In this document: piece by piece, positions 17,561-26,765 of the stretch | How the letters are laid out: every line of letters starts with the position of its first letter | How positions within the stretch are numbered: position 1 is the stretch's first letter | Assembly: GCA_965243065.1 (NCBI GenBank) | Contig: CBDETO010000005.1 | Span: 1,883,520-1,947,519 of the forward strand | Reading direction: 5' to 3' | Source of the DNA: Bdellovibrionales bacterium | Lineage (GTDB): Bacteria > Bdellovibrionota > Bdellovibrionia > Bdellovibrionales > UBA1609 | Length of the DNA: 64,000 nucleotides | Made by a program: the position numbers and the translations under genes | The notes under the pieces: generated by a model | What the model was told of the DNA's origin: nothing | Databases searched by the model: none | What the model saw: the letters and a program-made list of their open reading frames with translations, nothing else

Positions 17561-17633
17561 AGGGCAGTAGCTCTAATGGTAGAGCGGCGGACTCCAAATT
17601 CGTAGGTTGGGGGTTCGAATCCCTCCTGCCCTG
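17561..17633 (+). tRNA. tRNA-Trp (anticodon CCA)
   Basis: Acceptor AGGGCAG/CTGCCCT, anticodon loop CTCCAAA, T-loop TTCGAAT. Conserved position between tuf and secE. Confidence 0.9.
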
Positions 17634-17842
17634 TATTTATTCTCAGTTAGGAGATATTAAAATAGGAAAAATAGGGAGAATAGTGGCAATTTATGGAAGA
17701 GGGATTCGAAGCGAGCGAGCGACCTGTGTTGTCTGCGACCAGAGGGAGCAGAGAACACAGGGCAGAAAATCGTGGAGGATTTTCTGAGCAAGCGAGGTGG
17801 GCCTGCGCAGAGAGCGAGCGTGATGCGAGTGAACGAAGTAGG

Positions 17843-17865
17843 CGAATCCCTCCTGCTCTGTATTT
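17843..17865 (+). repeat. Duplicate of the tRNA-Trp 3' end (CGAATCCCTCCTGCTCTGTATTT; 22/23 match to 17616-17638)
   Basis: Read directly. It brackets a ~204-bp GC-richer segment (17639-17842). Confidence 0.8.
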
Positions 17866-17940
17866 TTACAAATAGGTAAAAGTATTATGTTGAAGACATG
17901 GTGAGATTTTTGTAAAGCCAAAAAACCATTAGGATAAAAA

Positions 17941-18321
17941 ATGATAAAAGAAGAAAATGTAAAAATTATTACCTTGTCTTTTGTGGCTGCTGGTTTCCTG
18001 ACGGCTTTTGTTGTGCGGATTTTATTTGAGTTTATAGCTGTGTATTCAGGAATGGTGGCATTGGCCTACGGGCAAGAGTGGGTTCGTCATGGAATCCCTG
18101 TTCTGGCCGGTTTAGCTCTGTTTTTATTCTTACAGCTAAGGGAAAAAACGCGTATATGGGCACATGAAGTGGTGGTGGAAGTGCGTAAGGTGGTGTGGCC
18201 GTCTCGTCAAGCTACTTTAGGTATGACTGTTTTGGTGTGTATTATTTTAATGATTTCCGGTTTTGTTCTGGGTTTGTTTGATCTAGCTAGTAGTGCTGTT
18301 GTTAACTTTATTATTAACTAA
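17941..18321 (+). CDS. secE: Preprotein translocase subunit SecE
   Basis: 126 aa, 3 TM. C-terminal EVRKVVWPSRQATLGMTVLV motif. Conserved position before nusG. Confidence 0.85.
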   Translation: MIKEENVKIITLSFVAAGFLTAFVVRILFEFIAVYSGMVALAYGQEWVRHGIPVLAGLALFLFLQLREKTRIWAHEVVVEVRKVVWPSRQATLGMTVLVCIILMISGFVLGLFDLASSAVVNFIIN

Positions 18322-18389
18322 AAGGTACAGGGTAAAAATCAAACCACTAAACAAGGATAGTGGTGCAATTACTAACAAAAAGGATAGAA

Positions 18390-18947
18390 ATGGCCGAATC
18401 TGAATTAGTAACAAAAGATGAATTTAAGTGGTATATCATCAAAACAAAGACCAACTGTGAGATGAAAGCCAAGGAAGCTATTAAGCGTTTGGTAAAAGAC
18501 CAGAGTCTGGACTCTCAGTTAAAAGAAATTTTAATTCCTGAAAAAGAAGTGGTAGAAGTGGTAAAAGGTAAAAAAGTGACCCGATCTAAGAAATTTTACC
18601 CAGGTTATGTTTTTATTCAAATGCGCTTGACAGATCACTTATGGCATTTAATAAAGAATGTTTCCAATGTGGTTAATTTTGTGGGAAAACAGGGAGCTCC
18701 TACAGAGGTTCCCCTTCAGCAGATTTTTGCCATTACTCAGGTAAAGGATTCTGCTGTTCATTCCCATGCTAAAGTGTCTTTTACAACGGGAGAATATGTA
18801 AAAGTAATAGATGGTCCTTTTAAATCCTTTAGCGGAGTGGTGGAAGAAGTAAATCAGGAAAAAGGAAGAGTGAAGGTTTCTGTGAGCATTTTCGGACGCC
18901 CTACCCCGGTGGAGTTGGATTTTGCTCAAGTTTATAGGGAAGAATAG
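18390..18947 (+). CDS. nusG: Transcription termination/antitermination factor NusG
   Basis: KWYIIKT..., [11 protein letters not shown]-like C-terminus [24 protein letters not shown] 18390 has an AAGGA RBS (the track start 18360 is GTG). Confidence 0.9.
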   Translation: MAESELVTKDEFKWYIIKTKTNCEMKAKEAIKRLVKDQSLDSQLKEILIPEKEVVEVVKGKKVTRSKKFYPGYVFIQMRLTDHLWHLIKNVSNVVNFVGKQGAPTEVPLQQIFAITQVKDSAVHSHAKVSFTTGEYVKVIDGPFKSFSGVVEEVNQEKGRVKVSVSIFGRPTPVELDFAQVYREE

Positions 18948-18952
18948 AAAAT

Positions 18953-19381
18953 ATGGCTAAAAAAAAGATGATTTCTCAGATAAAACTCCAGATTCCGGCA
19001 GGAAAAGCGAATCCTGCTCCTCCGGTTGGTCCTGCTTTAGGCCAACATGGGATTAATATCATGGATTTTTGCAAGCAATTTAATGCCAGAACCCAAAAGA
19101 TGGGGGATACAGTTGTACCTGTTATTATTGATGTTTTTCAGGATCGTTCTTTTGATTTTATTACCAAAACACCACCCGTGGCGGTGTTGTTAAAGAAGGC
19201 GGCTGACATTAAGAGTGGTTCTAAGATGCCTCAAAAGGACAAAGTAGGAAAAATAGGGATAGATAAAGTGAATGAAATTGCCCGGCTTAAGTTGCCCGAT
19301 CTCAATGGCTTGGAGTTAAAATCAGCTGTTTCTCAGGTCATCGGCACGGCCAGAAGCATGGGATTGGAAGTAGAAAATTAA
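18953..19381 (+). CDS. rplK: 50S ribosomal protein L11
   Basis: [35 protein letters not shown]. Confidence 0.95.
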   Translation: MAKKKMISQIKLQIPAGKANPAPPVGPALGQHGINIMDFCKQFNARTQKMGDTVVPVIIDVFQDRSFDFITKTPPVAVLLKKAADIKSGSKMPQKDKVGKIGIDKVNEIARLKLPDLNGLELKSAVSQVIGTARSMGLEVEN

Positions 19382-19441
19382 ACCAGTTTGAAGGATCATT
19401 GAGTAATTTGAAATAAACAATAAATTAATCTTTAGTAAAAA

Positions 19442-20137
19442 ATGATGAGTGGAAAAAAATATAAAGCGGTTCGAGATAAAATAAAATCAGAGGGAGTTTA
19501 TCCTTTGGATAAGGCTTTACAGATGGTGATAGAAAACCCTGTAGCGCGTTTTGATGAATCTGTGGATGCCGCTCTCGTACTGGGTGTAGATACGCGTAAG
19601 AACGATCAGCAGGTGCGGGGTTCTGTAGCCCTTCCTCATGGTTTAGGTCGGAAAGTGCGTATTTTGGTGTTTGCCAAAGGAGCTTTAGAGGAAGACGCTA
19701 AAAAAGCCGGAGCTGATTTTGTAGGGGGGGAGGATATGGTGGAGAAGATAAAACAAGGTTGGTTGGATTTTGATTGCGCCATATCCACTCCTGATATGAT
19801 GCCTGTGGTTTCAAAAGTGGCTAAAACTTTAGGTCCCAAAGGCTTAATGCCCAATCCAAAGTTAGGTACAGTGACTATAAAGGTAGCTCAGGCGGTAGAG
19901 AGAGAAAAAAAAGGTACGGCTTCTTTTCGTGCGGATAAAAATGGCATCATTCACAGTTCTGTTGGCCGTCGTTCAATGGGTCTGGATGGGGTAAAGGAAA
20001 ACCTGTTGGCTTTTTTAAGAGTGGTTATCAAATCTAAACCGGCTGGTAGCAAAGGTGTTTACTTAAAGAAGATAGCTTTATCTTCCACAATGGGGCCTTC
20101 TGTTTTGGTGGATACAAATGACCGTGCTCTTGCTTAG
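19442..20137 (+). CDS. rplA: 50S ribosomal protein L1
   Basis: 231 aa. FDESVDAALVLGVDTRKNDQQVRGSVALPHG. Conserved order after rplK. Confidence 0.95.
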   Translation: MMSGKKYKAVRDKIKSEGVYPLDKALQMVIENPVARFDESVDAALVLGVDTRKNDQQVRGSVALPHGLGRKVRILVFAKGALEEDAKKAGADFVGGEDMVEKIKQGWLDFDCAISTPDMMPVVSKVAKTLGPKGLMPNPKLGTVTIKVAQAVEREKKGTASFRADKNGIIHSSVGRRSMGLDGVKENLLAFLRVVIKSKPAGSKGVYLKKIALSSTMGPSVLVDTNDRALA

Positions 20138-20275
20138 TTGTTTTGAATGCGGATATAGATGTGTGCAGGACTAGATTCTCGCTCCCCGTTTTCATGGGGA
20201 CAAGCTTCGCGGGAATGACGAACTTACGGGAATGATGAACGGGAGTAACAGTTTAGAAGAAAAGGAAAAATCATA

Positions 20276-20806
20276 ATGATTACAAAAAGGAAAAAAGAAG
20301 AGCAGGTTAAAAGCTTATCCGAGGGTATGCAGAAAGCCAAGGCAGGTTTTCTTGTGAATTTTCAAGGTTTAAATGTGCAACAGATAACAGAAATGAGAAA
20401 AGATTTAAGAAACAAGGGACTAGCTGATATGAAAGTATGTCGAAACACTTTAATACGAAAAGCTCTATCTGCCTGGCCGGAGGCAAAAGAACATGTAGGC
20501 TCTCATTTGACAGGCTCTAATGCTTTTATCCTGGCTTTTGAGGACCCTTCCCGAGTGGCTAAAATTCTTTATGATTATGTAAAAAAAACAGAAGTTCTGC
20601 AAATCAAAGCAGGGGTATTGGAAGGAAAGGGGATCGGTGCACAAGATGTAAAAACACTGGCTACATTACCTTCTATAGAAGTTCTAAGAGCTAGGCTTTT
20701 ATCTATGCTTTCCGCTCCTATGTCTCAGTTGTTGTCTGTTCTTTCCGCCGCCCCTAAAGGCTTACTAAGGGTGTTTGATGCTTACACAGAAAAAGAAAAA
20801 GAGTAA
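20276..20806 (+). CDS. rplJ: 50S ribosomal protein L10
   Basis: 176 aa. Typical L10 N-terminus (KEEQVKSL...GFLVNFQGLNVQQITEMRKDLR). Follows rplA. Confidence 0.9.
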   Translation: MITKRKKEEQVKSLSEGMQKAKAGFLVNFQGLNVQQITEMRKDLRNKGLADMKVCRNTLIRKALSAWPEAKEHVGSHLTGSNAFILAFEDPSRVAKILYDYVKKTEVLQIKAGVLEGKGIGAQDVKTLATLPSIEVLRARLLSMLSAPMSQLLSVLSAAPKGLLRVFDAYTEKEKE

Positions 20807-20862
20807 AGAGTCAGTGGATTATATTTATTAAAAGGGAAGGGCTGGCCTGTGGATGTGGTACT

Positions 20863-20911
20863 TTACTGAGGCTTCATTAAGCCTTTGGATTTATAAAAGT
20901 ATGTTAAAAAA
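20863..20911 (+). repeat. 49-bp direct repeat, left copy (TTACTGAGGCTTCATTAAGCCTTTGGATTTATAAAAGTATGTTAAAAAA)
   Basis: Identical to 22043-22091. Contains hairpin AGGCTT-CATT-AAGCCT. Confidence 0.9.
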
Positions 20912-20942
20912 CACAAGGAATGAAAAAATCAAAATGATATTT

Positions 20943-21777
20943 ATGAAAAGAATAATTATTTTACTTTTCTTTTTTAGTAACGGAGCTTTTAGTGCTTTTT
21001 ATACAAAGTACAGTTATGAGAAGTTAAGTAAAAATAAAGAAGGTTTTAAAGAAGTCGTTTTATTTGAATGGCCATCGAGTGAGTTCCCTTTAAAGGTGTG
21101 TGTTGATAGGAATCTACCTTCCGGTTGGTTTGAAGTAATAAAAGAAGCTGCTGATATGTGGGAGGTAGCAGTTAAAAGTTTCTATAGAAAATATATATAT
21201 CCATATACTGATCGGGAAGGGAGAAGAAACTTTGCTTCTTTATTCTTTAATTTATTTAATGTTTATAGTAATTGTAAAAGCAGAGGAATAGAACCTGATG
21301 TCTATGTCAGTAGGAACCGTTTGAATAGTGCAGACTATGAGCATTCTCTTTTTTATGCTTCAAATAAAAAAAGAGTAGGAATCACTAATTATAAAGAACT
21401 CTTTGATTGGCTACGCTTGTCTTATGATATAGATTATATGGTAATAGATTTTGATAAAGAGACTCCTTTCAGTACATCTTTAGGACCTTATCACAATAGA
21501 GGGGCAGTTGTTACTTAATACAGCTATGCACGAGTTGGGACATGTTATAGGTATAGCGCATTCTAAAGAGAGGAAATTAATGTATTATTATAATACTTAT
21601 TGTTTAGGTAAAACATGTCCTCCTACGGAGAGAAATATTTATGATTTTTTAGCCTATTATTTTATTAGGACAGGTGTAAATCCCTTGATTATTTATGTTG
21701 CAGATGTACAAATAAAGAAAAAGTTAAGAGGGGAAGTTTTGGATGAGTGGGCAGTGGAATTACTTTCACCTGAGTAA
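20943..21777 (+). pseudogene. Secreted metzincin-type zinc metalloprotease, interrupted by a 1-nt frameshift near the G-run at 21501-21504
   Basis: Signal peptide MKRIIILLFFFSNGAFSA. The second frame carries HELGHVIGIAHS (HExxHxxGxxH). Frames 20853-21518 and 21508-21777 overlap. The downstream frame is open only from 21484, so the shift lies in 21484-21518. Confidence 0.6.
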
Positions 21778-22033
21778 GTACTTTATATTTATTTTGTTTA
21801 TTCTGTTAGTTGGGTGTGGGAAAAGGCCTGGATGTATTCCTCCTTGGTATATTGGAGACCCATTAAAACCCTGTGAGGAGAAGTGTAATAGAGTACAAAA
21901 ATGTGATACTGAAGAATGTAGAGAAAATTGCTCGGAACGATGTTTTAAAGAGTTAAAAGAAGAGGAAGAAAACATCTGCCGTCTTGTTAAGAAGAGGGAG
22001 AAGGAGCGTCGAGAACGGGAGGGTTGGCCCTAA
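21743..22033 (+). CDS. Small Cys-rich lipoprotein (96 aa)
   Basis: Lipobox LLVGC, then CEEKCNRVQKCDTEECRENCSERC cysteine ladder and a K/E/R-rich tail. Confidence 0.5.
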   Translation: MSGQWNYFHLSKYFIFILFILLVGCGKRPGCIPPWYIGDPLKPCEEKCNRVQKCDTEECRENCSERCFKELKEEEENICRLVKKREKERREREGWP

Positions 22034-22042
22034 TGATGGGGC

Positions 22043-22091
22043 TTACTGAGGCTTCATTAAGCCTTTGGATTTATAAAAGTATGTTAAAAAA
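22043..22091 (+). repeat. 49-bp direct repeat, right copy
   Basis: Identical to 20863-20911. Confidence 0.9.
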
Positions 22092-22165
22092 ACATTATAT
22101 CGGAAGAAATAAAATGACAATAACAAGAGAAATAGTTATGACAACAGAAACGGGGAGGAAATAAA

Positions 22166-22546
22166 ATGACAATAACAAAAGAACAATTGATTGACCACTT
22201 ATCTCAAATGCCGGTTATTGAGGTGGCAGGCTTAATTAAAGAGCTTGAGGAAAAATGGGGTGTCAGTGCTTCGGCACCGGTCGTGGCGGCAGCAGCCGCC
22301 CCCGTCGCGGGAGCCGCAGCGGCAGAAGAGGAAAAAACCGAGTTTAATGTCACTTTAGCGGGTGTAGGCAGCAATAAAATTGCGGTTATTAAAGAAGTGC
22401 GTAGTTTAACAGGTCTGGGGTTAAAAGAGGCAAAAGATCTGGTGGATGGAGCTCCTAAGTTGATAAAAGAGCAAGTTTCCAAAGAAGAAGCGGATAAAAT
22501 GAAAGCGGCTTTGGAAAAAGCAGGGGCTAAGGTAGAAGTGCAGTAA
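22166..22546 (+). CDS. rplL: 50S ribosomal protein L7/L12
   Basis: [12 protein letters not shown]..., Ala-rich hinge, [16 protein letters not shown]. Confidence 0.95.
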   Translation: MTITKEQLIDHLSQMPVIEVAGLIKELEEKWGVSASAPVVAAAAAPVAGAAAAEEEKTEFNVTLAGVGSNKIAVIKEVRSLTGLGLKEAKDLVDGAPKLIKEQVSKEEADKMKAALEKAGAKVEVQ

Positions 22547-22547
22547 G

Positions 22548-25500
22548 ATGTCTAAAATTTCTATAACAGCATCTAATATTCGATTGAGGAAAAGTTTTGG
22601 TCGTGTTGCCAATGCTGTAGATGTTCCCAATTTAATAGAACTGCAAAAATATTCTTATGAAAATTTTTTACAAAAAGATGTAGATCCCGATAAAAGACAA
22701 AATAGGGGCCTTCAGGCGGTTTTTAAATCTATATTCCCCATTGAGGACTATAAGGGTGTCGTCCGCATGGAATTTGTTAAATATACCTTACAATATCCTG
22801 TCTATGATATTGATGAATGCCGCCAAAGAAAAATAAGCTATGCCGCTCCGTTAAGGGTTTTACTTCGGTTAATTGTATTTGATGTTCAGGAAGGTACAGG
22901 TGAGAAGACCATTAGAGATGTTAAGGAACAAGAGGTGTTTTTAGGAGAAGTCCCTCTAATGACGGACAGTGGATCTTTTATTATCAATGGAACAGAGAGA
23001 GTGATTGTTTCTCAGCTGCATCGTTCTCCAGGGGTCTTTTTTGATCACGATGGAGGCCGGTCCAATACCACGGGAAAACTCATTTACTCGGCACGGATTA
23101 TTCCTTATCGTGGTTCCTGGTTGGACTTTGAGTTTGATCATAAGGATTTAATCTATGCGCGTATTGATCGCCGTCGTAAATTTCCCGCTACTACTTTTTT
23201 AAAAGCTTTAAATTACACGGAAGAAGAAATTCTAGAATATTTCTATGATCTTTCTTTGGTCTCTGTATCACCTGATGGAAAAATCTTTCGCCCGATTGAT
23301 ATTGAAAAAATGGCCGGCCAGAAAGCCCCTTCTGATATTAAAGACCCTAAAGGAGATATTATTGTTAAAGCAGGTCGTAGAATTACCCGTCTGGTGATTA
23401 AAAAAGTATTATCTGCCCATGTGAAAAAAGTGGAACTCACCCCGGCGGATTTGAATGGGACAGTGATAGCTAAACCCATTTTTAATGCTAAAACAGGGGA
23501 GATTATTGCGGATACCAATCAAGCTATGACGGAGGAAATTTTTGAAAAAGCCAGAGCTAATGGCCTCTCCCAATTTCATCTGATCTTTTTTGATGGTTTT
23601 GCCGTGGGTGCGTACCTTTGTAATACTCTATTATTGGACAAAGTTTCCAATAAAGAAGAGGCTTTATTGGATATTTATAAACGGATGCGGCCAGGAGAAC
23701 CTCCCACTATGGAAGCGGCGGAAAACTTCTTTAGTCGTCTCTTTTTTGATCCTGAAACTTATGATTTAGGAGAAGTAGGTAGATTGAAGATGAATCATCG
23801 GTTTTACATGTCGGCATCGGAGAAAAAAAATAATTCAGGTATTTTAAATAATGCGGATATTTTAAATGTTGTTCACACTTTAATTGATTTGAAAAATGGC
23901 AAAGGGCAGGTGGATGATATTGACCATCTAGGAAATCGTCGTGTGCGTTCTGTTGGGGAGTTAGTGGAAAATCAATATCGTATTGGCCTGGTCAGAATGG
24001 AAAGAGTGATTCGGGAAAGAATGAGCATGAAGGACCTGGATACAATGATGCCTCATGATCTCATTAATGCTAAGTCGGTTTCCGCCGTTATAAAGGAGTT
24101 TTTTGGTTCCAGTCAGCTTTCTCAATTTATGGATCAGACCAACCCTTTATCTGAAATTACACATAAGCGTCGTTTATCTGCTTTAGGCCCTGGTGGTTTA
24201 ACTCGTGATCGTGCTGGCTTTGAAGTGAGAGATGTACACCCTACTCACTATGGCCGGATATGTCCTATTGAAACACCCGAAGGCCCCAATATAGGTTTAA
24301 TTGCCTCATTGGCTACCTTTGCCAGAATTAACAAATATGGTTTTATTGAAACTCCCTACTGTGAGGTCAAAGGGAATAAAGTTACTGATAAAGTAAATTA
24401 TGTTTCTGCCCTGGAAGAACAAAAGCATTGTATAGCCCAAGCGGATCCTTATTTTAATGAGGTGCCCAAGGGGCAAAATGTGACGGTTCGTATGGATGGG
24501 GAGTATAAAGTAGTAAAGAAAGAAGAAGTGTCTTTAATGGATGTTTCTCCCAGTCAGCTAGTATCCATTGCCTCTTCTTTAATTCCTTTCTTGGAGCATG
24601 ATGATGCCAATAGAGCTTTAATGGGATCTAATATGCAAAGGCAGGCGGTTCCTTTAATGAGGGCAAGTGCTCCTTTGGTGGGGACCGGTGTGGAAGGTTT
24701 AGTGGCCAGGGATTCCGTAACTAGTGTGGTTTGTAAAGCCGATGGGGTGGTGGAAGAAGTGGATGCCAGCCAGATTGTTGTGCGTCTTTTTCATAAAAGA
24801 GGAAAATTGGGTGCCTCGGTGGATATTTATAACTTGGTTAAATATCAAAAAACAAATCAAAACACCTGTTTTAATCAAAAGCCGATTGTTCAATTAGGGG
24901 ATCATGTTCGAAAAGGAGATGTCATTGCCGATGGTCCTTCCACCGATAAAGGGGAGTTAGCTTTAGGTCAAAATATTCTAGTCGCCTTTACACCTTGGGC
25001 GGGATATAATTTTGAGGATTCTATTCTCATATCCGAACGACTGATAAAGGAAGATGTATATACCTCTATTCATATTGAGGAATTTGAATGTGTGGCCAGA
25101 GACACTAAGTTGGGACAGGAGGAAATCACTTCTGATATTGCTAATGTGGGGGGAGAGGCTTTAAAGGACTTGGATAGTTCGGGCATTATTCGTATTGGAG
25201 CTAAGGTCAAACCAGGAGATATTTTAGTTGGAAAGATTACCCCTAAGGGGGAATCACAGGTTTCCCCTGAAAAAAAACTCCTGTTAGCTATTTTTGGTGA
25301 AAAAGCAGGAGAAGTGCGTGACACCTCTCTTCGGGCCCCATCCGGTGTGTATGGAACGGTTATCAATACACAAATTTATAGTCGGGACCCTATGGATAAA
25401 AATGAACGACTAGCTGAAATTCTTCATGAAAAAAGGGAAAAACTGAAAAAAGATTTTGAAATTGAGAAAAATGTTATTCAAAACAACACCATTGATCAGA

Positions 25501-26717
25501 TCAGAGAGATCTTGGTTGGGGCTAAGACAGTGGATGTTCTGCTGAGTGATGATGGTTCAGAGGAACTGCTCCCTAAAGGGCATATTATTGAAAGTCAGGA
25601 TGTGGATAAAATTCCTTTCCCTCTGTTGGCTTATATACCTTTGAAGGAGGATGCGGTTGCAGAGGCTGTTTCCCAATTAGTGGAGGCAGCTAGAAATCGG
25701 TTATCGGCGGTGGAAATGGTTTTTCAAGATAGAGTGGAGCGTCTTTCCAAGGGAGATGAGATGCCCCCTGGTGTGATTAAAATGGTAAAGGTGTATGTGG
25801 CTGTTAAGAGAAAACTACAAGTGGGAGATAAATTTGCCGGTCGTCATGGAAACAAAGGGGTTATATCTCATGTTTTGCCAGAGGAGAGCATGCCTTACAT
25901 GGCCGATGGCACTCCGGTTGATATGGTGCTCAATCCTTTGGGAGTGCCTTCTCGTATGAATATAGGACAAATTTTGGAAACGCACTTGGGTTGGGCGGCT
26001 TATGCTTTAGGTCGGCAACTTCAGGATTATATTGATCAGTTTAATGCTGATCACACTAAAACCGCTTTGTTGGATTTTTACAAAGGGAATAAGGATATTA
26101 CAAATAGAATAAAAAAAGGAGATGAAACCTCTTTAAAAAAGATGGTTCAGGGAATGAGAGAGGGTGTTTTTATTGCCACTCCTGTTTTTGATGGAGCAAA
26201 GGAAAAAGATGTTAAGGATCTATTAACGGCCACCGATCTGCCTCGTTCCGGCCAGACAGTGTTGTTTGATGGTAGAACAGGAGAGCCTTTTCAGAGACCG
26301 GTTACTGTGGGAGTGATGTATATGCTAAAATTACATCACCTGGTGGAAGAAAAAATTCATGCTCGTTCTATTGGACCGTACTCGTTGGTATCTCAGCAGC
26401 CCTTAGGAGGGAAGGCGCAGTTCGGAGGCCAACGTTTAGGGGAAATGGAGGTATGGGCTATCGAAGCTTACGGAGCGGCTTATTGTCTTCAGGAGTTTTT
26501 AACAGTGAAATCGGATGATGTGGCCGGGCGAAGAAGAATGTACGAAAGTATTGTTAAAGGAGAAAATATTTTAGAACCAGGGATTCCAGAGTCTTTTAAT
26601 GTTTTAATTAAGGAGTTACAGGGTCTAGGTTTAAATGTGGAGATGATAGAATCAGAGTTTTTGACAGAAGCTCCAAAAACTGGCGGCAAACCAGAACTAG
26701 AATCAATAAAGAACTAA
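22548..26717 (+). CDS. rpoB: DNA-directed RNA polymerase subunit beta
   Basis: 1389 aa. Classical motifs ([51 protein letters not shown]). Starts 1 nt after the rplL stop. Confidence 0.98.
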   Translation: MSKISITASNIRLRKSFGRVANAVDVPNLIELQKYSYENFLQKDVDPDKRQNRGLQAVFKSIFPIEDYKGVVRMEFVKYTLQYPVYDIDECRQRKISYAAPLRVLLRLIVFDVQEGTGEKTIRDVKEQEVFLGEVPLMTDSGSFIINGTERVIVSQLHRSPGVFFDHDGGRSNTTGKLIYSARIIPYRGSWLDFEFDHKDLIYARIDRRRKFPATTFLKALNYTEEEILEYFYDLSLVSVSPDGKIFRPIDIEKMAGQKAPSDIKDPKGDIIVKAGRRITRLVIKKVLSAHVKKVELTPADLNGTVIAKPIFNAKTGEIIADTNQAMTEEIFEKARANGLSQFHLIFFDGFAVGAYLCNTLLLDKVSNKEEALLDIYKRMRPGEPPTMEAAENFFSRLFFDPETYDLGEVGRLKMNHRFYMSASEKKNNSGILNNADILNVVHTLIDLKNGKGQVDDIDHLGNRRVRSVGELVENQYRIGLVRMERVIRERMSMKDLDTMMPHDLINAKSVSAVIKEFFGSSQLSQFMDQTNPLSEITHKRRLSALGPGGLTRDRAGFEVRDVHPTHYGRICPIETPEGPNIGLIASLATFARINKYGFIETPYCEVKGNKVTDKVNYVSALEEQKHCIAQADPYFNEVPKGQNVTVRMDGEYKVVKKEEVSLMDVSPSQLVSIASSLIPFLEHDDANRALMGSNMQRQAVPLMRASAPLVGTGVEGLVARDSVTSVVCKADGVVEEVDASQIVVRLFHKRGKLGASVDIYNLVKYQKTNQNTCFNQKPIVQLGDHVRKGDVIADGPSTDKGELALGQNILVAFTPWAGYNFEDSILISERLIKEDVYTSIHIEEFECVARDTKLGQEEITSDIANVGGEALKDLDSSGIIRIGAKVKPGDILVGKITPKGESQVSPEKKLLLAIFGEKAGEVRDTSLRAPSGVYGTVINTQIYSRDPMDKNERLAEILHEKREKLKKDFEIEKNVIQNNTIDQIREILVGAKTVDVLLSDDGSEELLPKGHIIESQDVDKIPFPLLAYIPLKEDAVAEAVSQLVEAARNRLSAVEMVFQDRVERLSKGDEMPPGVIKMVKVYVAVKRKLQVGDKFAGRHGNKGVISHVLPEESMPYMADGTPVDMVLNPLGVPSRMNIGQILETHLGWAAYALGRQLQDYIDQFNADHTKTALLDFYKGNKDITNRIKKGDETSLKKMVQGMREGVFIATPVFDGAKEKDVKDLLTATDLPRSGQTVLFDGRTGEPFQRPVTVGVMYMLKLHHLVEEKIHARSIGPYSLVSQQPLGGKAQFGGQRLGEMEVWAIEAYGAAYCLQEFLTVKSDDVAGRRRMYESIVKGENILEPGIPESFNVLIKELQGLGLNVEMIESEFLTEAPKTGGKPELESIKN

Positions 26718-26765
26718 AAAGTGACAGAAAAATCAGATCCAATGGATCTAAAAAGGGAGTGAAAA

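Noticed and set aside
17691-17921. ORFs 17691-17921 (-) and 17693-17875 (+) between tRNA-Trp and secE
   Set aside because: They sit in the GC-rich insert bracketed by the tRNA-Trp 3'-end duplication. Both strands are open (a compositional effect) and there is no RBS. The region is treated as non-coding.
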